Of a stretch of DNA of 64,000 nucleotides, positions 1 through 11,000 are shown in pieces (within the stretch, counting starts at the first letter, position 1; the number at the start of each line of letters is the position of its first letter). The DNA lies in NCBI GenBank assembly GCA_016929415.1, contig JAFGIW010000099.1, positions 953-64,952 on the forward strand, written 5' to 3'. This DNA comes from Chitinispirillaceae bacterium. Its GTDB lineage: Bacteria; Fibrobacterota; Chitinivibrionia; Chitinivibrionales; Chitinispirillaceae. The translations under genes and the position numbers were made by a program. The notes beneath the pieces are model-generated. The model was not told the origin of the DNA, searched no databases, and saw only the letters and a list, made by a program, of their open reading frames with translations.

Positions 1-783
1 CCGGAGCTGCATGCCTGAAAGGCGAGGTTTATCATTTCGAGACAGGGGTCCCGTTTCTTCCTGTTGTTACGTTCGAGAAAAAGACCGGCATTGGTCACGG
101 TAAGCTGTGTAATGGTGCCGTCGTCGGCAATGCTGGTCCCTTCCGGAACATCGTAATCCTGTGCACGTATCCGGCCGCCGTTGGACAGAAAGAACAACTT
201 GGCCGCTTTCAGGGATATGCTGATCGCATAGGCAAGCTCGTTGGATGAGAGGTTGTATGGTTTACCCTTTGCGTTCCAGCCGATATTGGGGAAAATGGGA
301 ATGAGCCCGTCGGCAAGGACATTTTCGACGATGTCCGACTGGAGCCGCTCGACAATGCCGGAATTCTGAAAATCGACGCCGTTGCGCACTCCGATGCTCC
401 GCGCCTTCACCCAGTTGCCGATCACCGCATTGGCCCCGCATTCAGCCAGAACAGTCATGATTTTATTGGAGACGTCGAATGCCGCCATCTTGATAAAAGG
501 GATCGATTCGGGCGGTGAAACCCGGACACCATTTACCCGTTTGCATTCCATGCCGTAGGTGGCGAGCACCTCGTCGATCCTGCTGCGCGCTCCCGGAACC
601 AGAATGATGCGGATGCCCATACGATGGAGCAGAACAAGATCCTTGATGAGAATGGGAATGAAGGGGCTGGCGATCAGCTCACTGGAGATCTTGATGACGA
701 AGGTCTCCCCCTTGAACTGGTCGATATAGCCGAAAGCCTGCCGGATGATTTCGACGTGTTCCTTGAGACTGGATTTATTCATG
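1..783 (-). CDS. argA: N-acetylglutamate synthase (amino-acid N-acetyltransferase), N-terminal amino-acid-kinase-fold part; gene runs off the window start
   Basis: Own reverse-strand translation from ATG 783-781 stays open to nt 1: MNKSSLKEHVEIIRQAFGYIDQFKGETFVIKISSELI..LLHRMGIRIILVPGARSRIDEVL..GVDFQNSGIVERL. It is colinear with E. coli ArgA (YINTHRGKTFVIMLGGEAI..LLHSLGIRLVVVYGARPQID..GVDYCHSGRIRRI). It is missing from the ORF track only because no stop lies inside the window. Confidence 0.7.
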
Positions 784-1106
784 GTCGCTCACTTTAAGGT
801 TGGTTTGATTAGGAAAATATACTATGGGGTTATCGGATGGGAGTAAGCGAGCGGTATGTCTGCGGGCAATAACTGCGTTTTAAGGGACGATTCGTCCCGG
901 TTGAAATCGGGCGGTCTTTTCGAACGTATTACTTTTCAACGCGCAGCCGTTCATCAGGAATTTTTCTTCTCCTTCTCTCCCATCTTCATATCCCAGCTGT
1001 ATTCCCTGCTCGTCACGACATCCTCCATGCGGCGCAGCCTGTCCGCCCTCTGAAACGCCTGCCTTCGCTATACAATCCTCCAACCGCATGATATACTCAA
1101 ACCGTT

Positions 1107-3680
1107 ATGAAATCAACCCAAGGCCTTCGGCTGCGCCACAATCTCTTTTTCCTGCTGATGCTCTGTTTCGCCGCCGCGATTTTAGGCGACAGTACGGCGG
1201 AGGCGCTGCTTCTTGCACGGTTCGGGCCCGCGTTGATCCCGCGAATGTTTTGTGTAAATGCGGCGGCGCTGTTCATTCTCTCCGCGGTGATGCTCCCGGT
1301 GGTCGACCGTCTTGACCGGAGGAAATTCTTCCTTGCTGCGCTGCTTCTTCATGGGGGGATCCTGTTTCTTTTGCGGCTGGCGTTTGCGGCAAACTGGGAT
1401 TTCCTGTATCTGCCGCTTTTCTCCTATGCCTATAGCAGCAAAATTCTCTTTTTTCTTCTTTTCTGGACAATAGCAAATGATTTGATCGATTCGCGACGCG
1501 CAGGAAAAGAATTCCCGGCGATCGCCGCCGGAGGGACGATCGGGGCGATCGCCGTTTCGTTCTCCATTCCCGGTTTGATGCGGTTCTTTGCAGTTGAAAA
1601 CCTTCTCATCGTATGGGCGCTGCTCGCAGTGGCGACCGGCATGATGCTTCTGCCGTTGCGCAAGCAATATCTGCAATGTGCATCGACTCAAAAAGAATAT
1701 CCGGACGATACTTACGCTTCATCGATGGGATTCTCGCAGTTATCGCTCCTTCGTAACGAACCGCTTCTGCGCAACATGGCGGTGCTCTATTTCCTTGTCT
1801 TTTTCCTGCTGCTCAATCAGCATGTCGTTTTTTATCGTGAGGTCAAGGATGCCTGTTCATCTGCAGGCGACATCGCGACGTTTTTGGGCGGTTTCAACGG
1901 ATTCAGCATGCTTTCGACCTGCCTGCTGCAGATAGGATTGGCCGGTCTGCTGATGCGGCGGCTCGGTTCAACACGGTCGATGCTGATCCTGCCCGCGGCG
2001 CTTCTCGGCGTTTTTGCCTCCATGACGGTGATGAGCGGGTTCCGAGATGTCGGACCTCGGTTATTGTACTGGGCCGTCATAACCGGCATGGGAATCCGGG
2101 TGGCCTTTTTCGACGCTTTTTTTTCACCCAATTTCCAGCTCTTTTTTTCAGGCCTTCCCCGGGAGATCCGTGGACGGGGCAAGCTGCTCATTGAAGGTGT
2201 TGTCAAGCCGGTGGCGATGGTCGTGGCGGGATGCTGGCTGCTATGGTGCGTTCCCCTTCTGGGTCCTCGCACCCATTTCGGATTAATGGCCGTCGCTGCC
2301 GCGGCGGCGCTCCTGTATGCAGTGCGTTTGAAACATGCCTATGCGATGACGCTCACCCGGTACCTGACCGGTTTTATTAAAAGTAAAAACACTGCGATCC
2401 TCGAACGGTTGGAGTTAACCGGGAGCGAGGATATCCTGCGGTTTCTTGCCGGCAAACTCGGTCATGAGGATTTCGAGGTGCAGAAATTTCTCATTGAAAT
2501 CATCGCCTCAACGGGCACCGAAGAAGCCGCCTTGCTCCTGCTGGAAAATCTGGAACACGCGGAAGGAAAGATCAGGGCGACGATCGTTTCCGCACTCGGG
2601 AATTTTCCGGAGTCGCTGGTTGCCGAACGATTGACGGAGTGTTTGAACGATCATGACCATCGCGTGGTGGCCAACGCGGTCGAAGCTCTTTTACAATGTA
2701 AAGAAGGCGGCCTTGACGAGTTGCTGGAACCTCTCCTTGCCCATCCGGACAGCCGTGTCCGTGTCAATACGATAGCGGCGCTCTGGCCTTCGAGCGATCA
2801 GGCCGAGAGGAAGCTCTTCGCGGGATTATTACGCGCCATGACTCTTGGCGATTCACCGGAGGATTGCGCCGGGGCGCTCTATGTAACGGGCGAAGTCCAC
2901 GATGAAATGGTGACCGTACTGCTTTATGATTTCTGCAGGTTGCATGCGGGCGGCGGTTTGCGGTCGGAGATGGTGCATCGCCAGGCGGTGATCGCATTGG
3001 GAAAGAAACGCAGCCCCGTGTCGCTGGAACTGCTGCTGCAGCTTGTCCGTTCATCTTCGCTTCGGCAGCGTAAATCGATCGTGGCGGTGCTCGGATCGAT
3101 TCTTCCCTTTATCGACGAAAACTGCTGGCGTGACACTATCGCTAAAGGAAACGCCCTCCATCGAAACTGTTTGTTGCAGGGGCTGCGCAAGGCGAAAGCG
3201 GCCGTATCACCGGAATCGGCGGCAGTGCTTAACCGGTTGGCGATCAGGGAGATCGAATCGATCGAGTGGGAAAGACTGTCGCTGCAGGTGTTGTCGTCAA
3301 GCGGTTCGGGCCGCATGGCGCTGCTTGCCTGTGCCATCCGTGAGGAACTCATCGCGATACGCCTTGATACGCTTCTGCATCTGGTGGCGCTGCTTGACCT
3401 TTCAGGCGTTATCGGCTCGGTCATTCCGCGCATCAACCATACCGATCTGCATGTACGTGCCCGCGCGCTGGAGGTCCTCGAGAACACCGGGGATGAAAAA
3501 ATTAATAGAGCGATCATCGCCTGTATCGAATGGCTCGACACCCTGCCGCCGCTTCCGCAGGAGAGCAACATGCCTGCACGGAACAAAGAGGTGTTGGTGG
3601 CGGGAACCTATTGTGCCAGCCATAACCAATGGGTCGCCACCTGTGCAGAGTATGCCTGTTCATCTTCACCTGCCGCTTGA
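1107..3680 (+). CDS. Fusion protein: NTT/TLC-like (ATP/ADP-translocase-type, MFS-like) membrane domain + C-terminal HEAT-repeat domain
   Basis: 857-aa ORF. The N-terminal ~420 aa are polytopic membrane sequence with the TLC-like stretch LFFLLFWTIANDLIDSRRAGKEFPAIAAGGTIGAI. The C-terminal ~400 aa carry repeated HEAT/PBS-lyase-like units (DHRVVANAVEALL, PDSRVRVNTIAALW, DLHVRARALEVLEN). Confidence 0.6.
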   Translation: MKSTQGLRLRHNLFFLLMLCFAAAILGDSTAEALLLARFGPALIPRMFCVNAAALFILSAVMLPVVDRLDRRKFFLAALLLHGGILFLLRLAFAANWDFLYLPLFSYAYSSKILFFLLFWTIANDLIDSRRAGKEFPAIAAGGTIGAIAVSFSIPGLMRFFAVENLLIVWALLAVATGMMLLPLRKQYLQCASTQKEYPDDTYASSMGFSQLSLLRNEPLLRNMAVLYFLVFFLLLNQHVVFYREVKDACSSAGDIATFLGGFNGFSMLSTCLLQIGLAGLLMRRLGSTRSMLILPAALLGVFASMTVMSGFRDVGPRLLYWAVITGMGIRVAFFDAFFSPNFQLFFSGLPREIRGRGKLLIEGVVKPVAMVVAGCWLLWCVPLLGPRTHFGLMAVAAAAALLYAVRLKHAYAMTLTRYLTGFIKSKNTAILERLELTGSEDILRFLAGKLGHEDFEVQKFLIEIIASTGTEEAALLLLENLEHAEGKIRATIVSALGNFPESLVAERLTECLNDHDHRVVANAVEALLQCKEGGLDELLEPLLAHPDSRVRVNTIAALWPSSDQAERKLFAGLLRAMTLGDSPEDCAGALYVTGEVHDEMVTVLLYDFCRLHAGGGLRSEMVHRQAVIALGKKRSPVSLELLLQLVRSSSLRQRKSIVAVLGSILPFIDENCWRDTIAKGNALHRNCLLQGLRKAKAAVSPESAAVLNRLAIREIESIEWERLSLQVLSSSGSGRMALLACAIREELIAIRLDTLLHLVALLDLSGVIGSVIPRINHTDLHVRARALEVLENTGDEKINRAIIACIEWLDTLPPLPQESNMPARNKEVLVAGTYCASHNQWVATCAEYACSSSPAA

Positions 3681-3761
3681 TAGGCAAAACCGCTGTTACC
3701 GACCGCCGGATAGAACTATTTTTCATTTGGACATATAGACGGATTACACTGCCGCAGCATT

Positions 3762-5780
3762 ATGGCAAACCACGAATACTTACAAGAACTCAACGATCAG
3801 CAGCGTGAGGCGGTCACCTATGGTGACGGACCGCTTCTGGTGGTGGCCGGCGCAGGAAGCGGAAAAACGCGCACGCTCGCCTACCGGGTCTGCTACCTGA
3901 TCGCGCAGGGGGTGGCGCCGGAGCGGATCATGCTGCTTACCTTCACCCGGCGTGCCGCCCGCGAAATGCTCAACCGTGCGGCAGCGGTCCTCGGCGACAA
4001 GGCGGCGATTGTATCCGAGGTTTGGGGCGGAACGTTTCATGCCACGGCCAACCGGCTGCTGCGGATCTACGGCAAGGCGCTCGATCTGGCGCCGGAGTTT
4101 ACCATCATGGACCAGTCGGATGCCGAAGACATGCTGCAGGTGATACGGCACAGGATGATCGGCAAGCAGGTAAAGGGGCGTTTCCCGCGCAAAGGGACGC
4201 TGCTTGCCATTTACTCACGCAGAATGAATTCGGGCGAGGAACTGGATTTGATCCTGCAGAACCGGTTTCCATGGTGCGAGCGGTGGATCGAGGAACTGAA
4301 AAATATTTACAAAGAGTATGTCTCCGCCAAGCAGCGGCGTAATGTACTCGACTACGACGACCTGTTGGCGTACTGGCGCTGCCTGCTGAGCGATACGGGG
4401 GCGGCAAAGCCGGTTGAGGAGCGGTTCGACCATATCCTCGTCGACGAATACCAGGACACCAACCGGCTTCAGGCCGAGATTCTGCTCGGCATGCGCCGGT
4501 CCAATCACAACATCATGGCGGTGGGCGACGACGCCCAGAGCATTTACAGCTTCAGGGCGGCTACGGTGCGCAACATGCTCGACTTCCACGCGCTTTTTCC
4601 CGATACGCACACGGTGCTGCTCGAACAGAATTACCGCTCCCGCGAGCCGATCCTCCGCACAACCAACCGGGTCATCGCCCAGGCAAGGGAGCGATTCTCG
4701 AAAACGCTTTTTTCCATCCGTGAAGGGTGCGACGCGCCGCAGCTTGTCACCTGCAGCGACGAGGAGCACGAGGCGGAAACAGTCGTGGGGAAGGTACTTT
4801 ACCATTACGAGCAGGGAATTGCGCTGCACGACCAGGCGGTGCTCTTCCGCGCCGGCTCCCACTCCGCGGCGCTCGAACTGGCGCTCATGAAAAAGGAGAT
4901 CCCGTTCCACAAATGGGGAGGGCTCAAGTTCCTCGAAGCCGCCCATATCAAGGATTTCATATCATTTATGAGGCTTCTCGAAAATCCGCGTGACGAGATC
5001 TCGTGGTTCCGCGTGCTGCAGCTTTACGAAGGCGTCGGCCCCAGCACCGCCGCGGCGGTGTACGAGTACCTGGCGTCGCAGCAGTTCAACGCGGCGCTCA
5101 TCGCTTCGGCGCCGGTTTCACCCAAGGTGCAGCGGGAGCTTGCCGCGCTCGGAAAGCTCTTTGGCGATCTGGCGGCGGAAGCGACAGAGCTGGCCGTCCA
5201 GCTCGACCGCGTCAGCCGCCTCTACCTGCCGCTTCTCGAAAGAAACTATGAGAACTCCCAACCGCGCCGCAACGATATCGAACACATCATCGAGCTTGCC
5301 GCCCCCTACCGGTCGCGCAGCCGCTTTCTCGCGGAAATAACCCTTGACCCCCCCAATTCCACGAGCGATTTCGCCGGCCCCCCTTCGCGCGACGAAGATT
5401 ATCTCATTCTCTCGACCATCCACTCCGCCAAGGGGTGCGAATGGGATGTGGTGTACCTCATCCATGCGGCCGACGGCTGCCTCCCCTCCGATATGGCAAC
5501 CGGCTCGGACGAGGAGATCGAGGAGGAGCTTCGCCTCGCCTACGTGGCCATGACCCGCGCCCGCGACCGGCTTTACGTCACCTGGCCCATGCGGTTCTAC
5601 TCCCATCCGATGGGATTCTCCGACGGTCATGTGTACGGACAGTGCAGCCGGTTCTTTACAAAGGATGTTCTTGCCACAATGGAATGCGTCGCCGCACCCG
5701 GACTGGAACTGCATGATGCGGTCGAGGATGTTGATTGCGGATCGGACGTGAAGGGAAAGATGCGGGGGTTGTGGGAGTGA
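3762..5780 (+). CDS. UvrD/Rep/PcrA-family ATP-dependent DNA helicase (SF1)
   Basis: SF1 motifs appear in order: Walker A VVAGAGSGKTRTL, LLTFTRRAA, ILVDEYQDTN, VGDDAQSIYSFRAA, LEQNYRS, TIHSAKGCEWDVVYL, LAYVAMTRARDRL. Confidence 0.85.
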   Translation: MANHEYLQELNDQQREAVTYGDGPLLVVAGAGSGKTRTLAYRVCYLIAQGVAPERIMLLTFTRRAAREMLNRAAAVLGDKAAIVSEVWGGTFHATANRLLRIYGKALDLAPEFTIMDQSDAEDMLQVIRHRMIGKQVKGRFPRKGTLLAIYSRRMNSGEELDLILQNRFPWCERWIEELKNIYKEYVSAKQRRNVLDYDDLLAYWRCLLSDTGAAKPVEERFDHILVDEYQDTNRLQAEILLGMRRSNHNIMAVGDDAQSIYSFRAATVRNMLDFHALFPDTHTVLLEQNYRSREPILRTTNRVIAQARERFSKTLFSIREGCDAPQLVTCSDEEHEAETVVGKVLYHYEQGIALHDQAVLFRAGSHSAALELALMKKEIPFHKWGGLKFLEAAHIKDFISFMRLLENPRDEISWFRVLQLYEGVGPSTAAAVYEYLASQQFNAALIASAPVSPKVQRELAALGKLFGDLAAEATELAVQLDRVSRLYLPLLERNYENSQPRRNDIEHIIELAAPYRSRSRFLAEITLDPPNSTSDFAGPPSRDEDYLILSTIHSAKGCEWDVVYLIHAADGCLPSDMATGSDEEIEEELRLAYVAMTRARDRLYVTWPMRFYSHPMGFSDGHVYGQCSRFFTKDVLATMECVAAPGLELHDAVEDVDCGSDVKGKMRGLWE

Positions 5781-5817
5781 GTGAGGGGGGAGACGTGAAG
5801 GATGAAGGCCAAATGCC

Positions 5818-6186
5818 CTATAATTCCGCCGACTGACTGAGAATTGATTCCACCATGGCAACGAGGTGTTCATAAGCATTCGGTTCCTTGAGTATCACCG
5901 GATATCTGCAGTTGCGCGGAAGCGCTTCAGGATGGCCGGTAAAGATTATTGCCGCGACGGCAGGGTGAAGGCGCATTACTTCGGCGAGAAAATCGATGCC
6001 GTTCATTCCCGGCAGATCGAGATCGGTGATGATCAGGTCGGGCAGTTCGAAGAGATGTATTCTCCGCAATGCTTGAAACGGATCGCTGAACGGGAGTATT
6101 TTCAGATGATTGATGCTTTCAAGATTGCATCTTGTCAATTCGAGGAGATCCTCGTCGTCGTCGAGAAGCAGGATCGAGTATTCCAT
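5818..6186 (-). CDS. Single-domain response-regulator receiver (CheY-like)
   Basis: MEYSILLLDDDEDLLEL..PDLIITDLDLPGMNGIDFL..AAIIFTGH. GGAGG lies 4 nt upstream of the ATG at 6186. The ORF-track start at 6288 adds 34 implausible residues. Confidence 0.75.
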   Translation of the reverse strand: MEYSILLLDDDEDLLELTRCNLESINHLKILPFSDPFQALRRIHLFELPDLIITDLDLPGMNGIDFLAEVMRLHPAVAAIIFTGHPEALPRNCRYPVILKEPNAYEHLVAMVESILSQSAEL

Positions 6187-6358
6187 AACACCTCCGTTGC
6201 AGGGTAATGTGGGATAACGGACGATAGGTAGTGTAAGTAAAACTGTTTCGAGACCGGTGAAGGCCTGGCAGGCCGTGAGAGGAAACATTCGTATCTCCTT
6301 TAAGGAGTAATATACTCCAAACAGGAGATGGTGTCAACACTTTTCTGGGGAAACGTCA

Positions 6359-6706
6359 TTGCGGCATCTTGATGATCTCGGCTATAAAATAAGAATCCTC
6401 CGGCAGCAGCGGGGGCTTTCGCAGGCGGCGCTCGGGCAGCGACTTAATATTTCTCAGAAGGAAATATCCCATTACGAGAATAATTACCGCAGACCGCCGG
6501 CTGAAATACTGTCGGGGATTGCCCGGGTGCTGGAGACCTCCATCGCCGAACTCTACGGCGAACCCGTAAAGCCGAACACCGGCACGGCATTGAAGAAATC
6601 GACCATCTGGCTGATAGCCGAGAAACTGGAACTAATTGACGAAACGGAACGATGCAGGGTACTCAGCTACCTCGAGAGGATGATTGCCGAAAAAAAAGAC
6701 GCCTGA
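6359..6706 (+). CDS. XRE/Cro-C1 family helix-turn-helix transcriptional regulator
   Basis: LRQQRGLSQAALGQRLNISQKEISHYENNYRRP is a canonical XRE HTH. The track start is a TTG at 6359, so the exact start is uncertain. Divergent from the receiver gene. Confidence 0.7.
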   Translation: MRHLDDLGYKIRILRQQRGLSQAALGQRLNISQKEISHYENNYRRPPAEILSGIARVLETSIAELYGEPVKPNTGTALKKSTIWLIAEKLELIDETERCRVLSYLERMIAEKKDA

Positions 6707-7052
6707 CAGGGAGAATAGCCTCCACCAGCACAACTGCCGAAACGCTCTTCCCTTGTATGGCGGATCAATTTCCGAAGATCTCTTCCACCCGTCCTTCGTC
6801 AACGTTCATGACACAACGGATGCCGGTGACCTTCGCCGCATCCGGTGTCAATGCGGCCACATCATCACGGGACAGATACTCCAGTGAAAATTTTCAGAAT
6901 CCTGCCATGAGTTGCCCAGGCCCTGGGCAAGCCGTTCGTAATAGGAAGACTCCGGCCGCTGCATTTATACGTAACAATCATCGGCGGTCGGGGAGGTAAT
7001 GCGGCGTGCAGACTGCACGCCAATATGCATGTTTACAGCCTACAGTTCGTCT

Positions 7053-7850
7053 CTATTCATTATCCGAGAAATCAGGACCGGATCGATACTTATAATCGGG
7101 AGCATTGTTGTTCCCACCCAAACCGTGCAGGACGCACCAGGCAAGAGAAAAGGATTCGGCGATCTTCCGCACCGGAGTACAGTATTTTTCACTCTGCCGT
7201 TGCAGCAGGACATCGGCGGTCTGAAGGCCTATTCCTTTTTTGGAGGCAAGAAGTCTTTTGGCGTGATCGATCATTTGGTCTTTCTCGATCTTCATCTCAT
7301 TTGCCGCCTTGATTAAGAGCAACTCTGTGTCCCTGATTACCGCCGCCGCTTTTTCCGCTATGCCGGCGAATGTCGTTATGTCGCGCTTTGAAAATGAGTA
7401 TCGTTCCGTGGTATACCAATGCGCCGCACCGATCACTTCACCATGACCGTGCATCGGAATGGACAATAATGAAACAATCCCCCCTTTTCCGCAGACGGCT
7501 ATCCGGGAATACCGGGAAATTTCCCCGATATCAATGATGGCGGCGGGAGCGTCCGCTGCTGCCACCTTCGCGGCCATTATTTTCCCGAATTTCAGAATAC
7601 GGGGTTTATTCATCAATCCGGATGCAGGATAAACAGCATGGAACCCCGGTTTATTGATCTTTTTGTCAATTATAAACACCGCGAGGAACTGCGCCCCGGT
7701 CGCCTGTGCCATGACGGTAAGAACAAAAGTAAAGAGATCCTTGAAGTATTTTTTCTCCAGGATTTTCCGGGTGATATCCGAAATCTGCTTCGCCTGAATG
7801 ACGTCAGCATCCGCAGCCTGAGCCAGGCGGGAATGTGTATCCGCCCGCAT
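7053..7850 (-). CDS. GAF-ANTAR RNA-binding antitermination-type regulator
   Basis: The C-terminus MIDHAKRLLASKKGIGLQTADVLLQRQSEKYCTPVRKIAESF fits the ANTAR helix pattern, and a ~150-aa GAF-like region precedes it. I prefer ATG 7850 (MRADTHS..), because the 77 extra residues from the track start at 8081 are Cys/Arg-rich and unprotein-like. Confidence 0.65.
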   Translation of the reverse strand: MRADTHSRLAQAADADVIQAKQISDITRKILEKKYFKDLFTFVLTVMAQATGAQFLAVFIIDKKINKPGFHAVYPASGLMNKPRILKFGKIMAAKVAAADAPAAIIDIGEISRYSRIAVCGKGGIVSLLSIPMHGHGEVIGAAHWYTTERYSFSKRDITTFAGIAEKAAAVIRDTELLLIKAANEMKIEKDQMIDHAKRLLASKKGIGLQTADVLLQRQSEKYCTPVRKIAESFSLAWCVLHGLGGNNNAPDYKYRSGPDFSDNE

Positions 7851-8099
7851 CGCGCACTTGTCAATAGTTGGATAGCTTCTCACCACCGCCTTCGCCCCTC
7901 TCCGTTGTTGTACCCGGTGTCGGCAATCCTCGTCGCTCCGGAGGTAGAAGCAGCCGGACCATCGCATGACGGGTATTCCCGATAGAACAATGTGCACCCC
8001 GCAGTCGACTGCCGGAGGCACCCGCATGATGCTTGTTGCCGCGATCGCCTGATAAATCGCCGCAACCCGGCCTGCTTTCAACCACCATTCCCTGATCGA

Positions 8100-11000
8100 C
8101 TATACCTTCCGGCTGATTGTCTCCGGTTTCTCAACCGCATCGTTTTCCGCACCCGCCAATGGAAGCAGGGTCGCGGGGTCCGTAACAGCGCCGATTTTTA
8201 TCGCATAACTGGTACGGGCCCTGATGTCCTCATCCGTTACAATATGAATATCCAACAAACCGTGGGTTGTATAACCGGTTCGCAGGTAATTCTGTTCCGA
8301 TAGACTCATACTCCAGCCTTCAAGCCAGAGCGCCAGCTCTTGCCGTTGTTGAGGTGTCCCCCGGAAGTGAACGAGAAGATCGATGTCGCTTCCCGGACCT
8401 GCGGTTGCATTGGCGGTGGACCCGAAGAGGTAGACCGCCTGCACGCCGAATCTGCCGGGATCAAGCTGGCGGGCGAGCCGTTCGGCCATCCGTGAACGCC
8501 ATCGCCAAAAATCTTCGGACTGGGGCTCGGCGGGCTTCACTAAAACGAGGGGTTCCTCGTTTACGGCGGAAGGTTCGGTAAAAAAACCGATCGCTTCGCA
8601 GAGCTCGGCATTCATCTGAATTTTCAATATTTTACCGTCCATTCTGTGCGGAACGTCGATTACACGAAGGACCCCATCCAGATGGGTATAGTCCGGCAAG
8701 ATCTCCGGCAATAGGTTGTGTGCGCTGTTGAGGAAGTGCTCGTTGAACACAACATTCTTTTCGCCCGGGTAAAGAGGGATATAGCGGATTCCCGCTTCAA
8801 CCATGTCCTGAAAAAAGTGCGTTCCAAATGAGAGTTCCGGTTCATATGCACCTTTTCTCATGGCTATCTCGATCAGCACCGCGGTATTGCAGATATCGGA
8901 ATAGGTGACCGCAACACCCTGCTTGATGTCGCCCCTGCTTCCCCACCGCCCGGGTCCCATCAGAATAAAGCGGCGTTTGGGCAGGATGGCATTCAGTCTG
9001 CCCACTGCCCGTCCGATATCCACCAGTGTGTCGCGACTGGTCTGCTCCGCATACTGTTGCGGCGACACATAGACAATGTGGGTAATGTCAGGAATGCGCC
9101 CGTTCGAGATGAAACGGTTCGCGGTAAAGAGTGTTTCCCTCTCGGGAATATCCCGTCGTATGGCGCTTGGCGCCACATTGCTCTCGGTATACTGCGGACG
9201 GCACTGGAGCAGGTAGAAGGAGACGCCGTCGGAGGCGAACTCGATGTCGACCGGTGTTCCCAACCTCTGCTGCAGCGTCAGCAGGATTGCGCGCAGCTGC
9301 TTGACAAAATCGGTGCCGTTGATGAGGCCGTCAAAAGTAAAAAGAAGTTCATCACGACGCACATCGAGCTCGATGGCGGAAGGCCGGCTGATATGCCCGT
9401 CCCGGTAGACTGAAACCATGTGATGCAGGTTGGGAAAATCATTGCCGTGTTCGCGCAGAAGACGGTCAATGGCCACGGTTTCGAATACCCCGGTTTCGAG
9501 ATTGATCACATCGACCTGCGACGGGGAGTAGTGGCGTATCTCGTCGGGGCTGGCGTTCACCCTGAGCGCCGGTTGCCCGGGTGACAGCAGTACCGGATAA
9601 TCATTGCCGATACGGTCAACCGCCCGCGTACCGAGACCCGGTACCAGCCGGACCAGACCGTCCTCACGCTTGAGCCGCGGCGACCAGCGGAATTCATTGC
9701 TGCTGAAAGCGACTCCGGCGAAGGCCGGCATAAGATTGGGGCCTACGCGCGTTCCGACGACCTCCTGGATCATGATCCCCATCTCTTCGTAGAAATCAAG
9801 CAGGCCGTGTTCGTAACGGTAAAGTATCGGGTCGGGCCCGAAGACCGAGGCATAAATCTCGGCGATTGCATCGAGCAGTGCATCGAGCCGCTCCTGCCGG
9901 TTCCCCTGATTGGACAGGAAAAGACTTTTGTACTTTCCGGAAAAAGCCGAGCCTGCACGGTCTTCGAGCAGGCTTGAACTGCGCACGATAATCGGCGAAT
10001 CGCCGAAATCATCCAGCGCCTGCGAGATTCTTGCGGAGATGTAAGCCGGAAAGCGGGCATGCTTGAAAAGCTGGATAATGTTGGGGTATTCGAAACGGAC
10101 CTGTTCAAGCTCTTTGTATTTCAGATCATGCACGTCTTCGAGTTCGTTGAAACGAAGGAATTCGGTAAGACAGTCGGCGGTCAGATACCATGTCTTCGGA
10201 GTTTTAATCCCGGCAAAGAGACCCTCCTTGTCCTCGGTACGGAGTAGGATGTGCCGGGCGAGAAACAGTCCTGTGCTTTTCCCCCCAAGACAACCGTTGC
10301 TGTCGGATGGAAAGATGATGCGGGTAACCAGGTCGAAAAAATCCGGCACTTCAAGGTGGCGTTTCGCGAGGTTGATAAAGTCGATATCGTTCGAAAAAAA
10401 CCGGCGTATAAGCGATACCCGGAGCCGCTTTTCCGTAGACGGCTCCAGCGCCGATTCGCTGTTGGAAAGGGCGCGATAACGCAGTATGGCATCGATGATC
10501 GTACCGAGCGACGCGTTGCCGGAATCCACGGCTTTGATAAGAAAGCTGAGCTTGTTTTCCTGAATCCATTTATGCAACAACGAAAGTGTTTCATCATCGC
10601 CCAGATGCTGTGCGGCGATCGAAAACACCCGGTCGCTGACGGAAAAAAAGCTCTCCCGCGATTGTTTCCGGCTGGGAGAGTTGGCATCTGACGATCCTTC
10701 GGCGTGATGTTCGACAAACTCATTTCCAAAAGCGTTCAACACCTGGCGCGCTTCCTTGATGCCGCTCCAGAAGAGATGGTAAAGCATTTTCCGGGAGATG
10801 TAAAGAAAGAGTTTCTCATCGGTATGGCGTAACAGGTTGACGATGGCCATCCATTCGTGATTACGTTTAGTGCCTGTTGCCCGGTCGGTCGCTTCCCGGT
10901 CACGCAACAACTGTTCCAACTTGCGGTGAAACGCGGTCTGACCGATACGATCGGCGATGGTGCGGAGAAGTTGGCGCTCTTTCCTGAGAAAGCAATCCTC

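Noticed and set aside
784-1106. Possible small RNA or attenuator in the argA / transporter intergenic region (hairpin GGGACG-ATT-CGTCCC at ~884-898; TATACT at 818-823)
   Set aside because: There is a single short hairpin without a T-tract and no recognisable RNA family, so the evidence is insufficient.
6999-7316. ORF 6999..7316(+) with a strong GGGGAGG RBS
   Set aside because: It runs antisense through the ANTAR domain coding region, and its product (MRRADCTPICMFTAYSS..) has no recognisable features. It is probably fortuitous.
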